28,719 bases of DNA from an uncultured Arcobacteraceae bacterium (GTDB lineage: Bacteria > Campylobacterota > Campylobacteria > Campylobacterales > Arcobacteraceae), in the NCBI GenBank assembly GCA_964022095.1, contig CAXHZO010000024.1, positions 1 through 28,719 on the forward strand, written 5' to 3'. Numbering within the stretch: the first letter of the stretch is position 1; every line of letters starts with the position of its first letter. Below are positions 1 through 8,580 of the stretch, piece by piece. The notes beneath the pieces were generated by a model that saw nothing but the letters and a program-made list of their open reading frames with translations, did no database searches and was not told where the DNA came from. The position numbers and the translations under genes were made by a program.

Positions 1-47
1 TTTGTTCTTTTAGCTAAAAGCTTTTTTTTTACCTTTTTTTTATTCCT

Positions 48-992
48 CTATTTATATGAATCTTTATTAAAAATCATCCCTAAGTTTAATCTCAATGCAT
101 ACTTTGGTTTAAAATTATCTTCTATTTTATAGTAATTCTCTGGAATTACATCCACATATAACCATTTTTTAAATAAATGTCTATATTTCAAGCTCAGACT
201 ATTTCTTTTTATTTTCATGTTACTATCTATGTTATTAATACTTGTAGCTATTTGATATGTTAAAAGGTCTTTATTTGTCACTCTTTGATTTAGATAGATT
301 GAGTGTGCAAATTCACTGTTTTCTTTATCAATAGAGTGCCAATAGTATTCATTATAATTGTGTAAATAAAAATTTGTAGTTAATTTTTTTGAAACTTTAA
401 AAGATGTTGTTGTTTCAAGTTTCTTTTCTACAGATTCTTTTACAGTTTGTTTTAGTACATAATCTAAGGTATTTATATTTTCCCATCTTTTTTCTATGTC
501 TGCTTTTACAAAAGGATCTAATCCATTATTTAATTTAACACCAAGTTTTGTTTTAAAATCAATTGAATCATTTACAATCTTACTATAAAGTAAAGCAAGA
601 TTAAAATCATCATTTTTGTTTTGTGTATGGTTTTCTACATAATCTTTTGATTCTCTATCTTCATCTGATTCAAATACAAGTCTTAGTCTATCTTTTAATT
701 TTGGAAGTTTTAGTTTGATTTTTACTCTTTGATCAAAACTTAGATTTTCATCTTCATTATAAAATGTTGATAATTCTATTTTTCCATATGTAGAACTATA
801 GTCTTCTATATTTTTATTCTTTTTTTCAAAATAGTAATTATCAATTGCAGATGCAGAACTAACTAATGATTCATGAATAAATTTTCTATAATCATTCGTT
901 TCTTCTATTGCTAGTTCAAAATATGATTTATCTTCATTTGCTTGTAAATTGATACAAGTTAGTAAAAGTAGTGATGTCGTAATTTTTTTCAT
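48..992 (-). CDS. Secreted hypothetical protein, possibly outer-membrane beta-barrel
   Basis: 314-aa ORF with signal-peptide-like N-terminus (MKKITTSLLLLTCINLQA); alternating hydrophobic/aromatic strand-like segments; C-terminal LRLNLGMIF; start overlaps yihY stop (ATGA, 989-992). Confidence 0.6.
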   Translation of the reverse strand: MKKITTSLLLLTCINLQANEDKSYFELAIEETNDYRKFIHESLVSSASAIDNYYFEKKNKNIEDYSSTYGKIELSTFYNEDENLSFDQRVKIKLKLPKLKDRLRLVFESDEDRESKDYVENHTQNKNDDFNLALLYSKIVNDSIDFKTKLGVKLNNGLDPFVKADIEKRWENINTLDYVLKQTVKESVEKKLETTTSFKVSKKLTTNFYLHNYNEYYWHSIDKENSEFAHSIYLNQRVTNKDLLTYQIATSINNIDSNMKIKRNSLSLKYRHLFKKWLYVDVIPENYYKIEDNFKPKYALRLNLGMIFNKDSYK

Positions 993-1771
993 TTCTTATA
1001 ATACAATATATTTAATTTATGACACATTTTAATTCCATATAAATATATAATCCAAGAGATATAAATCCAAAAAAATGTAAATAAAAGAGTTGCAAGTGAA
1101 CCATAAATTGTTGTGTAAGTTTTATTATAAATTACATAATAAACAAATAGATTTTTTGTAACAGAGAGTGTAACAAGTGTTACAAGGGATGAAATGATAG
1201 CTGCTTTATTATCAATTTGTCTATTTACGCTTAGTTTAAATAAGCTAAAAAAGATAATCCATGAAAACACGTAAGATAATATAATATTTAATATATTATT
1301 ATCATAAAAGGCAATAGCGATACTAAATGCTGCGTATATAATGGCAAGTAGGATTAAATATATTGAGTAAAATAAAAAAGACCCATATAATGATTTTCTT
1401 TTTGTTTTATGTATTTTATTTACTATATATTCGTAATCTTTAAAAAACATAATAAATACAAAAAGCATATAAACAATTCCCAAGTAACCTAGTTTACTAG
1501 AGTTAGATATATAGTCTTTTAGTGTGTTTACTATATCTTGCGAGTGTGTTGGATTCAATAAATCAAGTATATATGTAGTAAATGTCTCCATATAACTGTT
1601 AAACTCAGGAAAGTTCGAGATAATTGCAATTATAAGGGCAATTATTGGTAGTATCGAAAAAATTGTAAAAAAACTAAGTGAAGCTGCATAGTAAGTTGTA
1701 TCATCATTAAAAAATGAATCTATACTATTAATGATTTTTTTTGTTAAGCTAACTTCACTTTTGTTTTTCAT
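989..1771 (-). CDS. yihY: YihY/virulence factor BrkB family inner-membrane protein
   Basis: Motifs YYAASLSFFTIFSILP and YxxIYGSLATLLFTFFWIYISWIIYLYG; about six hydrophobic segments. Confidence 0.85.
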   Translation of the reverse strand: MKNKSEVSLTKKIINSIDSFFNDDTTYYAASLSFFTIFSILPIIALIIAIISNFPEFNSYMETFTTYILDLLNPTHSQDIVNTLKDYISNSSKLGYLGIVYMLFVFIMFFKDYEYIVNKIHKTKRKSLYGSFLFYSIYLILLAIIYAAFSIAIAFYDNNILNIILSYVFSWIIFFSLFKLSVNRQIDNKAAIISSLVTLVTLSVTKNLFVYYVIYNKTYTTIYGSLATLLFTFFWIYISWIIYLYGIKMCHKLNILYYKK

Positions 1772-1778
1772 AATTACA

Positions 1779-3167
1779 TTAAAGTCCCATTTTGAATGGA
1801 TTTAAAATGTTATTTGGGTCAAAGGCTTTTTTGATATTTTTAAATAAGTTTATTTCTGCATCTGTAAATGCAATACTCATAAATGGAGCTTTTGATAAAC
1901 CAATCCCATGTTCCCCTGAAAGTGTTCCTCCCATATCTACAACAAACTGGAAAATCTCTTCAATAGCTTTGTGTCCATCTTCCATTTCTTTTTTATTTGT
2001 TTTATCTTTAACCATTACATTTACGTGAATATTTCCATCACCTGCATGACCAAAACAAGGAACATTAAATCCATATTTTTCACCAATTGCATAAATGCCA
2101 TCTAGTGCTTCTGGCAGTTTACTTCTTGGCACTGAAATATCTTCATTTAACTTTTTTGTACCATAAATCGTAGTAGCAGGACTTGCATTTCTTCTTGCAA
2201 ACCACAGTTGCTTTCCATGCTCTTCATCTCTTGCTTCAATAAAACCTATTGAACCATTATTTGCAAATGACTCTTTTAGTGTTTCAAGCTGAGATTTAAT
2301 TTCTGCTTCACTACTTCCATCTACATCACCTACTAAAATCCCACCTGCATTTTCAGGAAGTTCTACTTGAGGGAATTTTTGTTTTAAAGCTTTTATAACT
2401 AATGCATCTAAAAATTCCATTGCAACTGGATTTGCACCAGCTGCAAGTGATTTAAATACTGCTGTCATTGCTGTGTTTACTTCAGGGAAAATACCCATGT
2501 ATGTTTGTTTAAATTTTGGTTTTGGAATTAGTTTTAAAGTGATTTCAGTAATAATTGCAAGTGTACCTTCGCTAGCTATTAAAATACCAGCTGTATTATA
2601 TCCTGCAACATCTTTGATAGTTTTTTTACCCGCAACAATAATATCGCCATTTGGTAAAACTGCTCTTAATGCAACTACATAATCTTTTGTAATTCCGTAT
2701 TTAGCAGCTCTCATTCCACCTGCATTTTCACTAACATTTCCACCTAAAGTAGAATAATCTTCACTTGCTGGATCTGGGGGATAAAATAATCCTACTTCTT
2801 CAACGGCTTTTTGAAACTCCATATTAATAAGTCCTGGTTGAACCACTCCAACCATATTTTCCATATCAATTTCTAAAAGTTTATTCATATGTCGCTCTAA
2901 ACTTAATATGATTCCACCATTTGAAGGAAGTGCACCACCTGTAAATCCTGAACCTGCACCTCTTGGTACAATTACAATTTGATACTCATTACAGTACTTT
3001 AAAATATCTGAAATATCTTGTTCATTTCTTGGAAATACTACTGCATCTGGTTCAAATCTTTCTCTTGTTGCATCATAACAATATGCAATTAAATGTGCTT
3101 TATCGTATTTTATATTCTCTTCACCTACTATTGAAGTGAAAAAGTCTATATGTTGTTTATCAATCAT
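1779..3167 (-). CDS. glcD: FAD-linked oxidase, glycolate oxidase subunit GlcD / D-2-hydroxyacid dehydrogenase family
   Basis: PRGAGSGFTGG, FYPPDPAS, TLGGNVSENAGG, GHAGDGNIH, GTLSGEHGIG, DPNNILNP motifs. Confidence 0.9.
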   Translation of the reverse strand: MIDKQHIDFFTSIVGEENIKYDKAHLIAYCYDATRERFEPDAVVFPRNEQDISDILKYCNEYQIVIVPRGAGSGFTGGALPSNGGIILSLERHMNKLLEIDMENMVGVVQPGLINMEFQKAVEEVGLFYPPDPASEDYSTLGGNVSENAGGMRAAKYGITKDYVVALRAVLPNGDIIVAGKKTIKDVAGYNTAGILIASEGTLAIITEITLKLIPKPKFKQTYMGIFPEVNTAMTAVFKSLAAGANPVAMEFLDALVIKALKQKFPQVELPENAGGILVGDVDGSSEAEIKSQLETLKESFANNGSIGFIEARDEEHGKQLWFARRNASPATTIYGTKKLNEDISVPRSKLPEALDGIYAIGEKYGFNVPCFGHAGDGNIHVNVMVKDKTNKKEMEDGHKAIEEIFQFVVDMGGTLSGEHGIGLSKAPFMSIAFTDAEINLFKNIKKAFDPNNILNPFKMGL

Positions 3168-4156
3168 TATTCTAATCCTAAAATATTTTTATAAAACTCT
3201 TCATATGTTGTTGGCTTACTATCTGTAATAAATGGAATTGAGTAATCAAATGTCAATAAGTTTGATTCTATTTTTTCAACTCTAGAGTAAAATGGCATTT
3301 GTAAATCTTTATTTTCATAAGGGATATCATAACTTGTTAAAATATTAAATGTTTTTGCATCTAATATATAAACTTTTTTATTTACAACAATAAATATTGT
3401 TCCAATGTTTTGTTTGATACTAAAGTTTTGAATATCCTCTTTACTTGGATATGGTTGTCCATCAATTTTTAATTGAGCAGCAAATATATCTGAGTGTAAA
3501 AAGTTGTTGTATTTAAAGTTTGATCTTACAATTTTAAATGTATCTTGAGTTGGTGCAATTACTAATGAAGATTGATACATATAGTTTAAAACTAAGATAT
3601 CATTTATTTCTACATTTCTATTTGATGTTGGTATTGCATCTTGTTTTAAGTCTTTAAAATCAAAGAATTCAACAATTGAACTTGTATTATTTGATTGGAT
3701 TACTTTTGCATTTGATACGATTAACCTTTTGTCATTGTTATATACATGAACCACAATTCCACTTGTTCCAACTAATAAGTTACCAATATTTATTGTTGTT
3801 TTATTGTCTTTTATATTATCAATTTTTACACCAATTGGCTTAATTGAAAAGTTCGCTTTTGTTGTATCTACAGTCATTTGTTCAATTGTATTTGATGAAC
3901 CTTTAACTAAAAAGTATCTATAGTTTAGTTTGTTTTGATTAGAATCAACTTTAATATCAACTACACTCCAACCATCTTTTTTCATATCATTTAAAGATAA
4001 TTTTCCTTCACATACATCACCATCTAATGGTGTTGTTTGTATTGTAGAAGGAGTTTCCCAATTGTTTTTATAACAAACTGTTGTTTGAGCATTTGAAGCA
4101 CTTACAAATAGTAAAGTGACAAATGTAGATAATACTAATTTATTTAATATGTTCAT
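3167..4156 (-). CDS. Exported protein with plasminogen-binding (PgbA N-terminal-like) domain
   Basis: Signal peptide; GxSGIVVH, ILVLNYMYQSSLVIAP, FLHSDIFAA and PFYSRVEKI segments resemble Helicobacter/Campylobacter PgbA-N; adjacent to glcD as in H. pylori. Confidence 0.7.
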   Translation of the reverse strand: MNILNKLVLSTFVTLLFVSASNAQTTVCYKNNWETPSTIQTTPLDGDVCEGKLSLNDMKKDGWSVVDIKVDSNQNKLNYRYFLVKGSSNTIEQMTVDTTKANFSIKPIGVKIDNIKDNKTTINIGNLLVGTSGIVVHVYNNDKRLIVSNAKVIQSNNTSSIVEFFDFKDLKQDAIPTSNRNVEINDILVLNYMYQSSLVIAPTQDTFKIVRSNFKYNNFLHSDIFAAQLKIDGQPYPSKEDIQNFSIKQNIGTIFIVVNKKVYILDAKTFNILTSYDIPYENKDLQMPFYSRVEKIESNLLTFDYSIPFITDSKPTTYEEFYKNILGLE

Positions 4157-4171
4157 AAAATTTCCTAATTA

Positions 4172-4678
4172 TTATTTAGATTGAAGTTCTTCTAGTTTTT
4201 CTTTTACTTCATTTACATGTAAGATTTCAATTTTTTCACCTTTTACAGTTTTCTTTTTTCTTACATTAACTTTTGGCCAAACTGCAGCAATCTTTCCATC
4301 AGGATCAATAATATAAGTTGTTCTTACCACACCCATATACTCTTTACCCATGAATTTTTTTAATTGCCAAACCCCATAATCTTCACAGATTTTCTTTTCA
4401 GTATCTGCTAATAGTGTAATTTCTAAATCTTTTTTTTCTATAAATTTTCTATGTTTTTCACTATCATCAGGACTAACTCCTAAAATAACTGCATCTAAAT
4501 CTTCAAATTGAGGTAGTGCTTCTGTGAAATCACAAGCTTGTGTTGTACAACCTGGTGTTAAATCTTTTGGATAAAAGTATAATACAATCCATTTCCCTGC
4601 TAAGTCTCTTGAACAAATTTCTACATCATCTTGATTTGGTGCACAAAAATCAGCAGCTTTATTTCCTATTTCTAACAT
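4172..4678 (-). CDS. bcp: Thioredoxin-dependent thiol peroxidase (BCP/PrxQ)
   Basis: VLYFYPKDLTPGCTTQAC active-site motif, ILGVSPD, GVVRTTYIIDPDGKI. Confidence 0.93.
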   Translation of the reverse strand: MLEIGNKAADFCAPNQDDVEICSRDLAGKWIVLYFYPKDLTPGCTTQACDFTEALPQFEDLDAVILGVSPDDSEKHRKFIEKKDLEITLLADTEKKICEDYGVWQLKKFMGKEYMGVVRTTYIIDPDGKIAAVWPKVNVRKKKTVKGEKIEILHVNEVKEKLEELQSK

Positions 4679-4693
4679 AATTATTAATCCTTG

Positions 4694-5404
4694 TTATTTT
4701 TTTATTGCTATAAATGTTGCGAAGTTAACCCACTTGAAAAGTGTTTCACAGTGAGAAAAACCTGCATCTAATATCATTTTTTTATTTTCATCTTCAGTAT
4801 ATGGTATTAAAACATTCTCTAAAGCCTCTCGTTTTTGTGATATTTCAAACTCACTATAACCTTGAGACTTTTTAAACTCATAATACTCATCTATTGATTG
4901 TTTATTTAAAGTTGAATCAGATGATATCACTTTTTCACTAAAAATAAAAATACCTTCTTTTTGTAAAGAATCATGAATTTTTTTTACTAATTTTTCCCTT
5001 TGTAAAGGTCTAATAAACTGTAAAGTGTAATTAGAAAGTATTAATTTAGCGTTGTCATAAGAGATATTATGTAAGTCATCATTTATTAAATTTATATCAA
5101 CACCAAAAGCTTTTGCTTTTTTAGCTGCTCTATTTAACATAGCTTTAGAGTTATCTACTCCAACTAAGTTTAATTTTGAGTCACAGTGTTTACTAAGTTC
5201 AATCAATGTAGAAGCCGTAGAACATCCTAAATCATAGACATAGTCATCATCTTTTAAATAATTAATTGCAAAATTTATTGATAATCTTTGCATCTCTTTA
5301 TAATAAGGAACAGACCTGTTTAGCATGTCATCAAATACAGATGCTACTTCTTCATCAAACTCAAATTGTTTTGTTATCGATTTTTCAAATACTTTATCTA
5401 CCAT
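4694..5404 (-). CDS. cmoA: Carboxy-S-adenosyl-L-methionine synthase
   Basis: [65 protein letters not shown]. Confidence 0.93.
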   Translation of the reverse strand: MVDKVFEKSITKQFEFDEEVASVFDDMLNRSVPYYKEMQRLSINFAINYLKDDDYVYDLGCSTASTLIELSKHCDSKLNLVGVDNSKAMLNRAAKKAKAFGVDINLINDDLHNISYDNAKLILSNYTLQFIRPLQREKLVKKIHDSLQKEGIFIFSEKVISSDSTLNKQSIDEYYEFKKSQGYSEFEISQKREALENVLIPYTEDENKKMILDAGFSHCETLFKWVNFATFIAIKK

Positions 5405-5411
5405 GGTAGAT

Positions 5412-5423
5412 ATATTATCTAAA
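5412..5423 (-). promoter_or_regulatory. Candidate sigma70 -10 element (TTTAGA-TAATAT) for cmoA, possibly leaderless
   Basis: Minus strand reads TTTAGATAATAT-atctacc-ATG; same TTTAGA context as the murA -10; no Shine-Dalgarno. Confidence 0.35.
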
Positions 5424-5436
5424 TAAGGATTAATAA

Positions 5437-6276
5437 TTATTGATGAAAATAAGTTTTTGCGATATCTATATCTTTTAGAATCTGCTTTTTTAATTCTTCG
5501 AAATTATTAAACTTTTGATTATCTCTTACTCTTTTTAAAAATTTTATCTGAGTTGTATAGTCTCTATCTATAATATCTTCATTTATTATGTGTGTTTCAA
5601 CTGCATAACTACCATCTGTTGTAACTCTGTGACCTAAAAATGTTATTGAGTTATATTCTATTTCATTTAGAATAGTTTTTGTAATATAAACGCCTTCTTT
5701 TGGAAGTAAAAATTCATTTACTTTTAAATTGATTGTTGGCACAAAATTAGTTGTTCCTAATCCTTGACCTTGTACTCTTTCTCCATAGATTTTATACTCT
5801 TTACCTAATAGTGTATTAGCAAGTTCAATATTTCCTTCAGAAATATAATATCTAATAAATCTAGAGTGAACAGCAATCCCATCTATTTTAAATTCTTCAA
5901 TAACTTCAGCTGTTCCATCAAATAGTTCTTTTAGACTATTTGTATCATGTTTTCTATCTTTACCAAAACAAAAATCAAATCCAACTACTATTTTTTTTAA
6001 ATTTGGAAATTCTTCTTTTAAAAGTCTTATAAATTCATCACCTTCTAGATGTTTAATATTATCAAGTGCATAGTAATAAATTGGGTATTTGCTGTATTCT
6101 TGTCTATATCTTTTAGGTGTTAGGTTTGCATAACCTGATTCAATAGAAACAATTGCTCCATTTTTATCTAGTTTTTCAAATAATTTTTGGTGAGCTGCGT
6201 GCATTCCATCAAATCCACCAATAGCAATAGAAGTAATTGTTTGCTTATTTACTAAAATAGAAGAGCTCTTCTTCAT
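5437..6276 (-). CDS. ribF: Bifunctional riboflavin kinase / FAD synthetase
   Basis: [52 protein letters not shown]; start set at ATG 6276 (AGGGA 9 nt upstream) rather than 6282. Confidence 0.92.
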   Translation of the reverse strand: MKKSSSILVNKQTITSIAIGGFDGMHAAHQKLFEKLDKNGAIVSIESGYANLTPKRYRQEYSKYPIYYYALDNIKHLEGDEFIRLLKEEFPNLKKIVVGFDFCFGKDRKHDTNSLKELFDGTAEVIEEFKIDGIAVHSRFIRYYISEGNIELANTLLGKEYKIYGERVQGQGLGTTNFVPTINLKVNEFLLPKEGVYITKTILNEIEYNSITFLGHRVTTDGSYAVETHIINEDIIDRDYTTQIKFLKRVRDNQKFNNFEELKKQILKDIDIAKTYFHQ

Positions 6277-6952
6277 TTCCATCTTTCCCTTGTAGTTTAC
6301 TAAAACTTGAATATTTTAATTTCCAGTTTAATTGTATAGTTTTATCAATAAAAAGCTGTCTTGATTTTTCAATAGCTCTTTTATCTTTTACTACACCCTT
6401 TTTATCTCTTTTTACATTTGTACCAACTTCAAACTGTGGCTTGAAAAGTATGATAATATCTTTTGAAGATAATCTATTAATATCTTCAATAATATATAAA
6501 ATAGAGATAAATGAAACATCACAAGTAACAATATCAAATATTTCATCACTTGTAAAATCTCTAATATCAGTGTTTTCAAAAAAAGATATTTTATTGTTTT
6601 GCTTTATTCTTTTGTGTAATTGATTTGAACCAACATCTACACAAGTAACTTTCTTAACATCATTTTCAAGTAATATTTGTGTAAATCCACCAGTACTACT
6701 TCCAATATCAAGAGCATTTATATTTTTTAAATCAAGTTTTATTTCATCTAAAAAAAACTTTAGCTTATAAGCAGCTCTTGATACATAAAAGTCTTCTTCT
6801 AAAATCTCTATTTTATGATTTTCTTCAACATTAAATGATGGTTTTGTTATAATCTCACCATCACATTTAACTTTGTTGGATTTTATTAGTTCAGAAGCTT
6901 TGTTTCTGCTTTGAATATCAAAGGTAGTAGTTAAATATAAATCTAATCTCAT
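6245..6952 (-). CDS. tlyA: TlyA family rRNA 2'-O-methyltransferase (S4 + FtsJ-like domain)
   Basis: MRLDLYL, YVSRAAYKL, LDIGSSTGGFT, VDVGSNQL, DVSFIS, LFKPQFEVG, GKDGNEE. Confidence 0.92.
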   Translation of the reverse strand: MRLDLYLTTTFDIQSRNKASELIKSNKVKCDGEIITKPSFNVEENHKIEILEEDFYVSRAAYKLKFFLDEIKLDLKNINALDIGSSTGGFTQILLENDVKKVTCVDVGSNQLHKRIKQNNKISFFENTDIRDFTSDEIFDIVTCDVSFISILYIIEDINRLSSKDIIILFKPQFEVGTNVKRDKKGVVKDKRAIEKSRQLFIDKTIQLNWKLKYSSFSKLQGKDGNEEELFYFSK

Positions 6953-6966
6953 AGGTGGAATTATAG
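6953..6966. promoter_or_regulatory. 14-bp divergent spacer: minus-strand TATAAT (6960-6965) for tlyA and plus-strand SD-like AGGTGG for yigZ
   Basis: Sequence aggtggaattatag; reverse complement cTATAATtccacct directly precedes the tlyA ATG. Confidence 0.55.
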
Positions 6967-7539
6967 TTGAAATTTGTTCAAAAAGAGTTTAGTCATACTT
7001 TTGAAGAAAAAAAGTCAAAATTTGTTGCTCATCTTATGCCTTATGAAATGTTTTATGAGGTTATGAAGAGACTTAAAAATGAGCACCCAAAAGCAAGACA
7101 TCATGTATATGCGTATAGATATTTAAATGAATTTGGTCAAGTTGTTGAAAATAGTAGCGATGATGGAGAACCAAGAGGAACTAGTGGAAAACCAAGTTTA
7201 GCTGTACTTGCAGGAGCTGAGATTATAAATAGTGCAGTAATAATAGTGCGATATTTTGGTGGAGTAAAACTTGGTACTGGGGGATTAGTAAGAGCTTATG
7301 GTGATAGTGTAAATGAAGTTATAAATATAAGTGAGTTTAAAGAGTATAAGAAACTAATATCTAAAACATTAGTTTGTGAATATACTGAATTGTCACAAGT
7401 TGAATACTTATTAAATCAAGAAAATATTATTATAAAATCTAAAGATTTTACTCAAAATGTTAATTTAGAAATAAATTTGTCTCAAGAAGAGTGGGATGAG
7501 TTTAAGCAGAAACTTTCAAGAAATATAACTATCAAATAA
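6967..7539 (+). CDS. yigZ: YigZ/IMPACT family protein
   Basis: EEKKSKF, HPKARHHVYAY, SSDDGEPRGTSGKP, VRYFGGVKLGTGGLVRAY; TTG start. Confidence 0.92.
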   Translation: MKFVQKEFSHTFEEKKSKFVAHLMPYEMFYEVMKRLKNEHPKARHHVYAYRYLNEFGQVVENSSDDGEPRGTSGKPSLAVLAGAEIINSAVIIVRYFGGVKLGTGGLVRAYGDSVNEVINISEFKEYKKLISKTLVCEYTELSQVEYLLNQENIIIKSKDFTQNVNLEINLSQEEWDEFKQKLSRNITIK

Positions 7540-7542
7540 AAA

Positions 7543-7564
7543 TGAGACATTTTTGAGACATTTT
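7543..7564. promoter_or_regulatory. Perfect 11-bp tandem direct repeat (TGAGACATTTT x2), candidate OmpR/PhoB-family response-regulator site
   Basis: Copies at 7543-7553 and 7554-7564, just upstream of extended -10-like TGTTAAAAT (7567-7575). Confidence 0.55.
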
Positions 7565-7584
7565 TTTGTTAAAATACCATCAAA

Positions 7585-7602
7585 TGTAATTGAATTGTAA
7601 TT
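7585..7602 (+). promoter_or_regulatory. Second 11-bp-periodic direct repeat (TGTAATT-N4-TGTAATT)
   Basis: TGTAATT at 7585-7591 and 7596-7602; a second -10-like TAAAAT at 7630-7635. Confidence 0.4.
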
Positions 7603-7660
7603 TTTCATAGTCTTTTAGTAGACATTATGTAAAATACACAAAAATAAAGAGGAAGAAATA

Positions 7661-8035
7661 TTGAAAAAAGCGTTTTCTTTAATGGAATTAATGGTAGTAA
7701 TTATTATTTTAGGATTACTAGCAATGTTTGTTTTACCAAACTTAACTGGTAAAAGTGATGAAGCAAAAGAAAAATTAGTTTGTGTTCAAATGAAAAGTGT
7801 TGCACAAACACTAAAAATGTATAAACTTGATACTTCAGCTTACCCTACAACTGAGGAAGGCTTAAAAGTGTTAATTGAAAAAAAATACTTTGAAGATGGA
7901 AATACTCCAAAAGATTCTTGGGGAAGTGAATTTATTTATTTATCAACTGAAGATAGCTTTGACTTAGTGTCTTATGGAGCAGATAAAAAAGAAAATACTC
8001 CAGATGATATTTACTTTTCAAAGTGTAATCAATAA
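7661..8035 (+). CDS. gspG: Type II secretion major pseudopilin GspG
   Basis: Prepilin leader KKA|FSLMELMVV; LKMYKLD..YPTTEEGLKVL, PKDSWG..FIY, LVSYGAD....DDI; SD AGAGGA; TTG start. Confidence 0.9.
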   Translation: MKKAFSLMELMVVIIILGLLAMFVLPNLTGKSDEAKEKLVCVQMKSVAQTLKMYKLDTSAYPTTEEGLKVLIEKKYFEDGNTPKDSWGSEFIYLSTEDSFDLVSYGADKKENTPDDIYFSKCNQ

Positions 8036-8037
8036 TA

Positions 8038-8580
8038 ATGCAAGCTATTAGAGGAAAAAAATCTTTCACTCTAATAGAGCTTATAATTGTTGTATTAATT
8101 ATTTTTACAACATACTTTTTGATGTTTTCAAATAATAGTTTTAATATCAATCAAGAGAAACAAAAAATTACAATATCGAACTTAAAAGAGTTCTTATCAA
8201 ATAACTTTGAATTTGAAAAAGAGTTGTCTTTTGTTTGTATTGAAGATAAATATTCATGTTATATAAAAATTGATGGAGTGGTTTTAAAAGAATCAAAAAT
8301 AGAAAACTTTTTTACTCAAACTCCTGAAGTTTATGAATATAGTAAAGATGAATTAAAAATGCAGTTCAGTGAAGTTAATATTGATGATATAAATCATGAT
8401 GTTATTTTTGAGTTTAAAATCAATAGTGATTTTAAGTCAAATGAATTTATAGTAGATACTTTAGAAAATGGTGTTTATGTATTTAATTCATTATTTAAAG
8501 AGCCTTTTTTCTATGAAGATGCTCAAATGGCTTTTGAACAGTTTTATTTAAATGAAATAGAGGTTAGAGATGCTTTTTAG
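8038..8580 (+). CDS. Prepilin-type N-terminal cleavage/methylation protein (minor pseudopilin, GspH-like)
   Basis: KKS|FTLIELIIVVLII leader with Glu at +5; directly after gspG. Confidence 0.7.
   Translation: MQAIRGKKSFTLIELIIVVLIIFTTYFLMFSNNSFNINQEKQKITISNLKEFLSNNFEFEKELSFVCIEDKYSCYIKIDGVVLKESKIENFFTQTPEVYEYSKDELKMQFSEVNIDDINHDVIFEFKINSDFKSNEFIVDTLENGVYVFNSLFKEPFFYEDAQMAFEQFYLNEIEVRDAF

Noticed and set aside
8..41. Short palindromes (TTTTAGCTAAAA, AAAAGCTTTT) and T9/T8 runs at the window start
   Set aside because: Expected by chance in very AT-rich DNA; context is cut off by the window edge, so neither terminator nor phase variation can be supported.
1792..2682. Short plus-strand ORFs 1792-2028 and 2473-2682
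   Set aside because: Antisense shadows of glcD with no recognisable motifs.
6441..6623. 60-aa plus-strand ORF
   Set aside because: Antisense within tlyA.
6245..6952. TlyA as a haemolysin/virulence factor
   Set aside because: The sequence supports only the rRNA methyltransferase motifs; haemolytic activity cannot be inferred.
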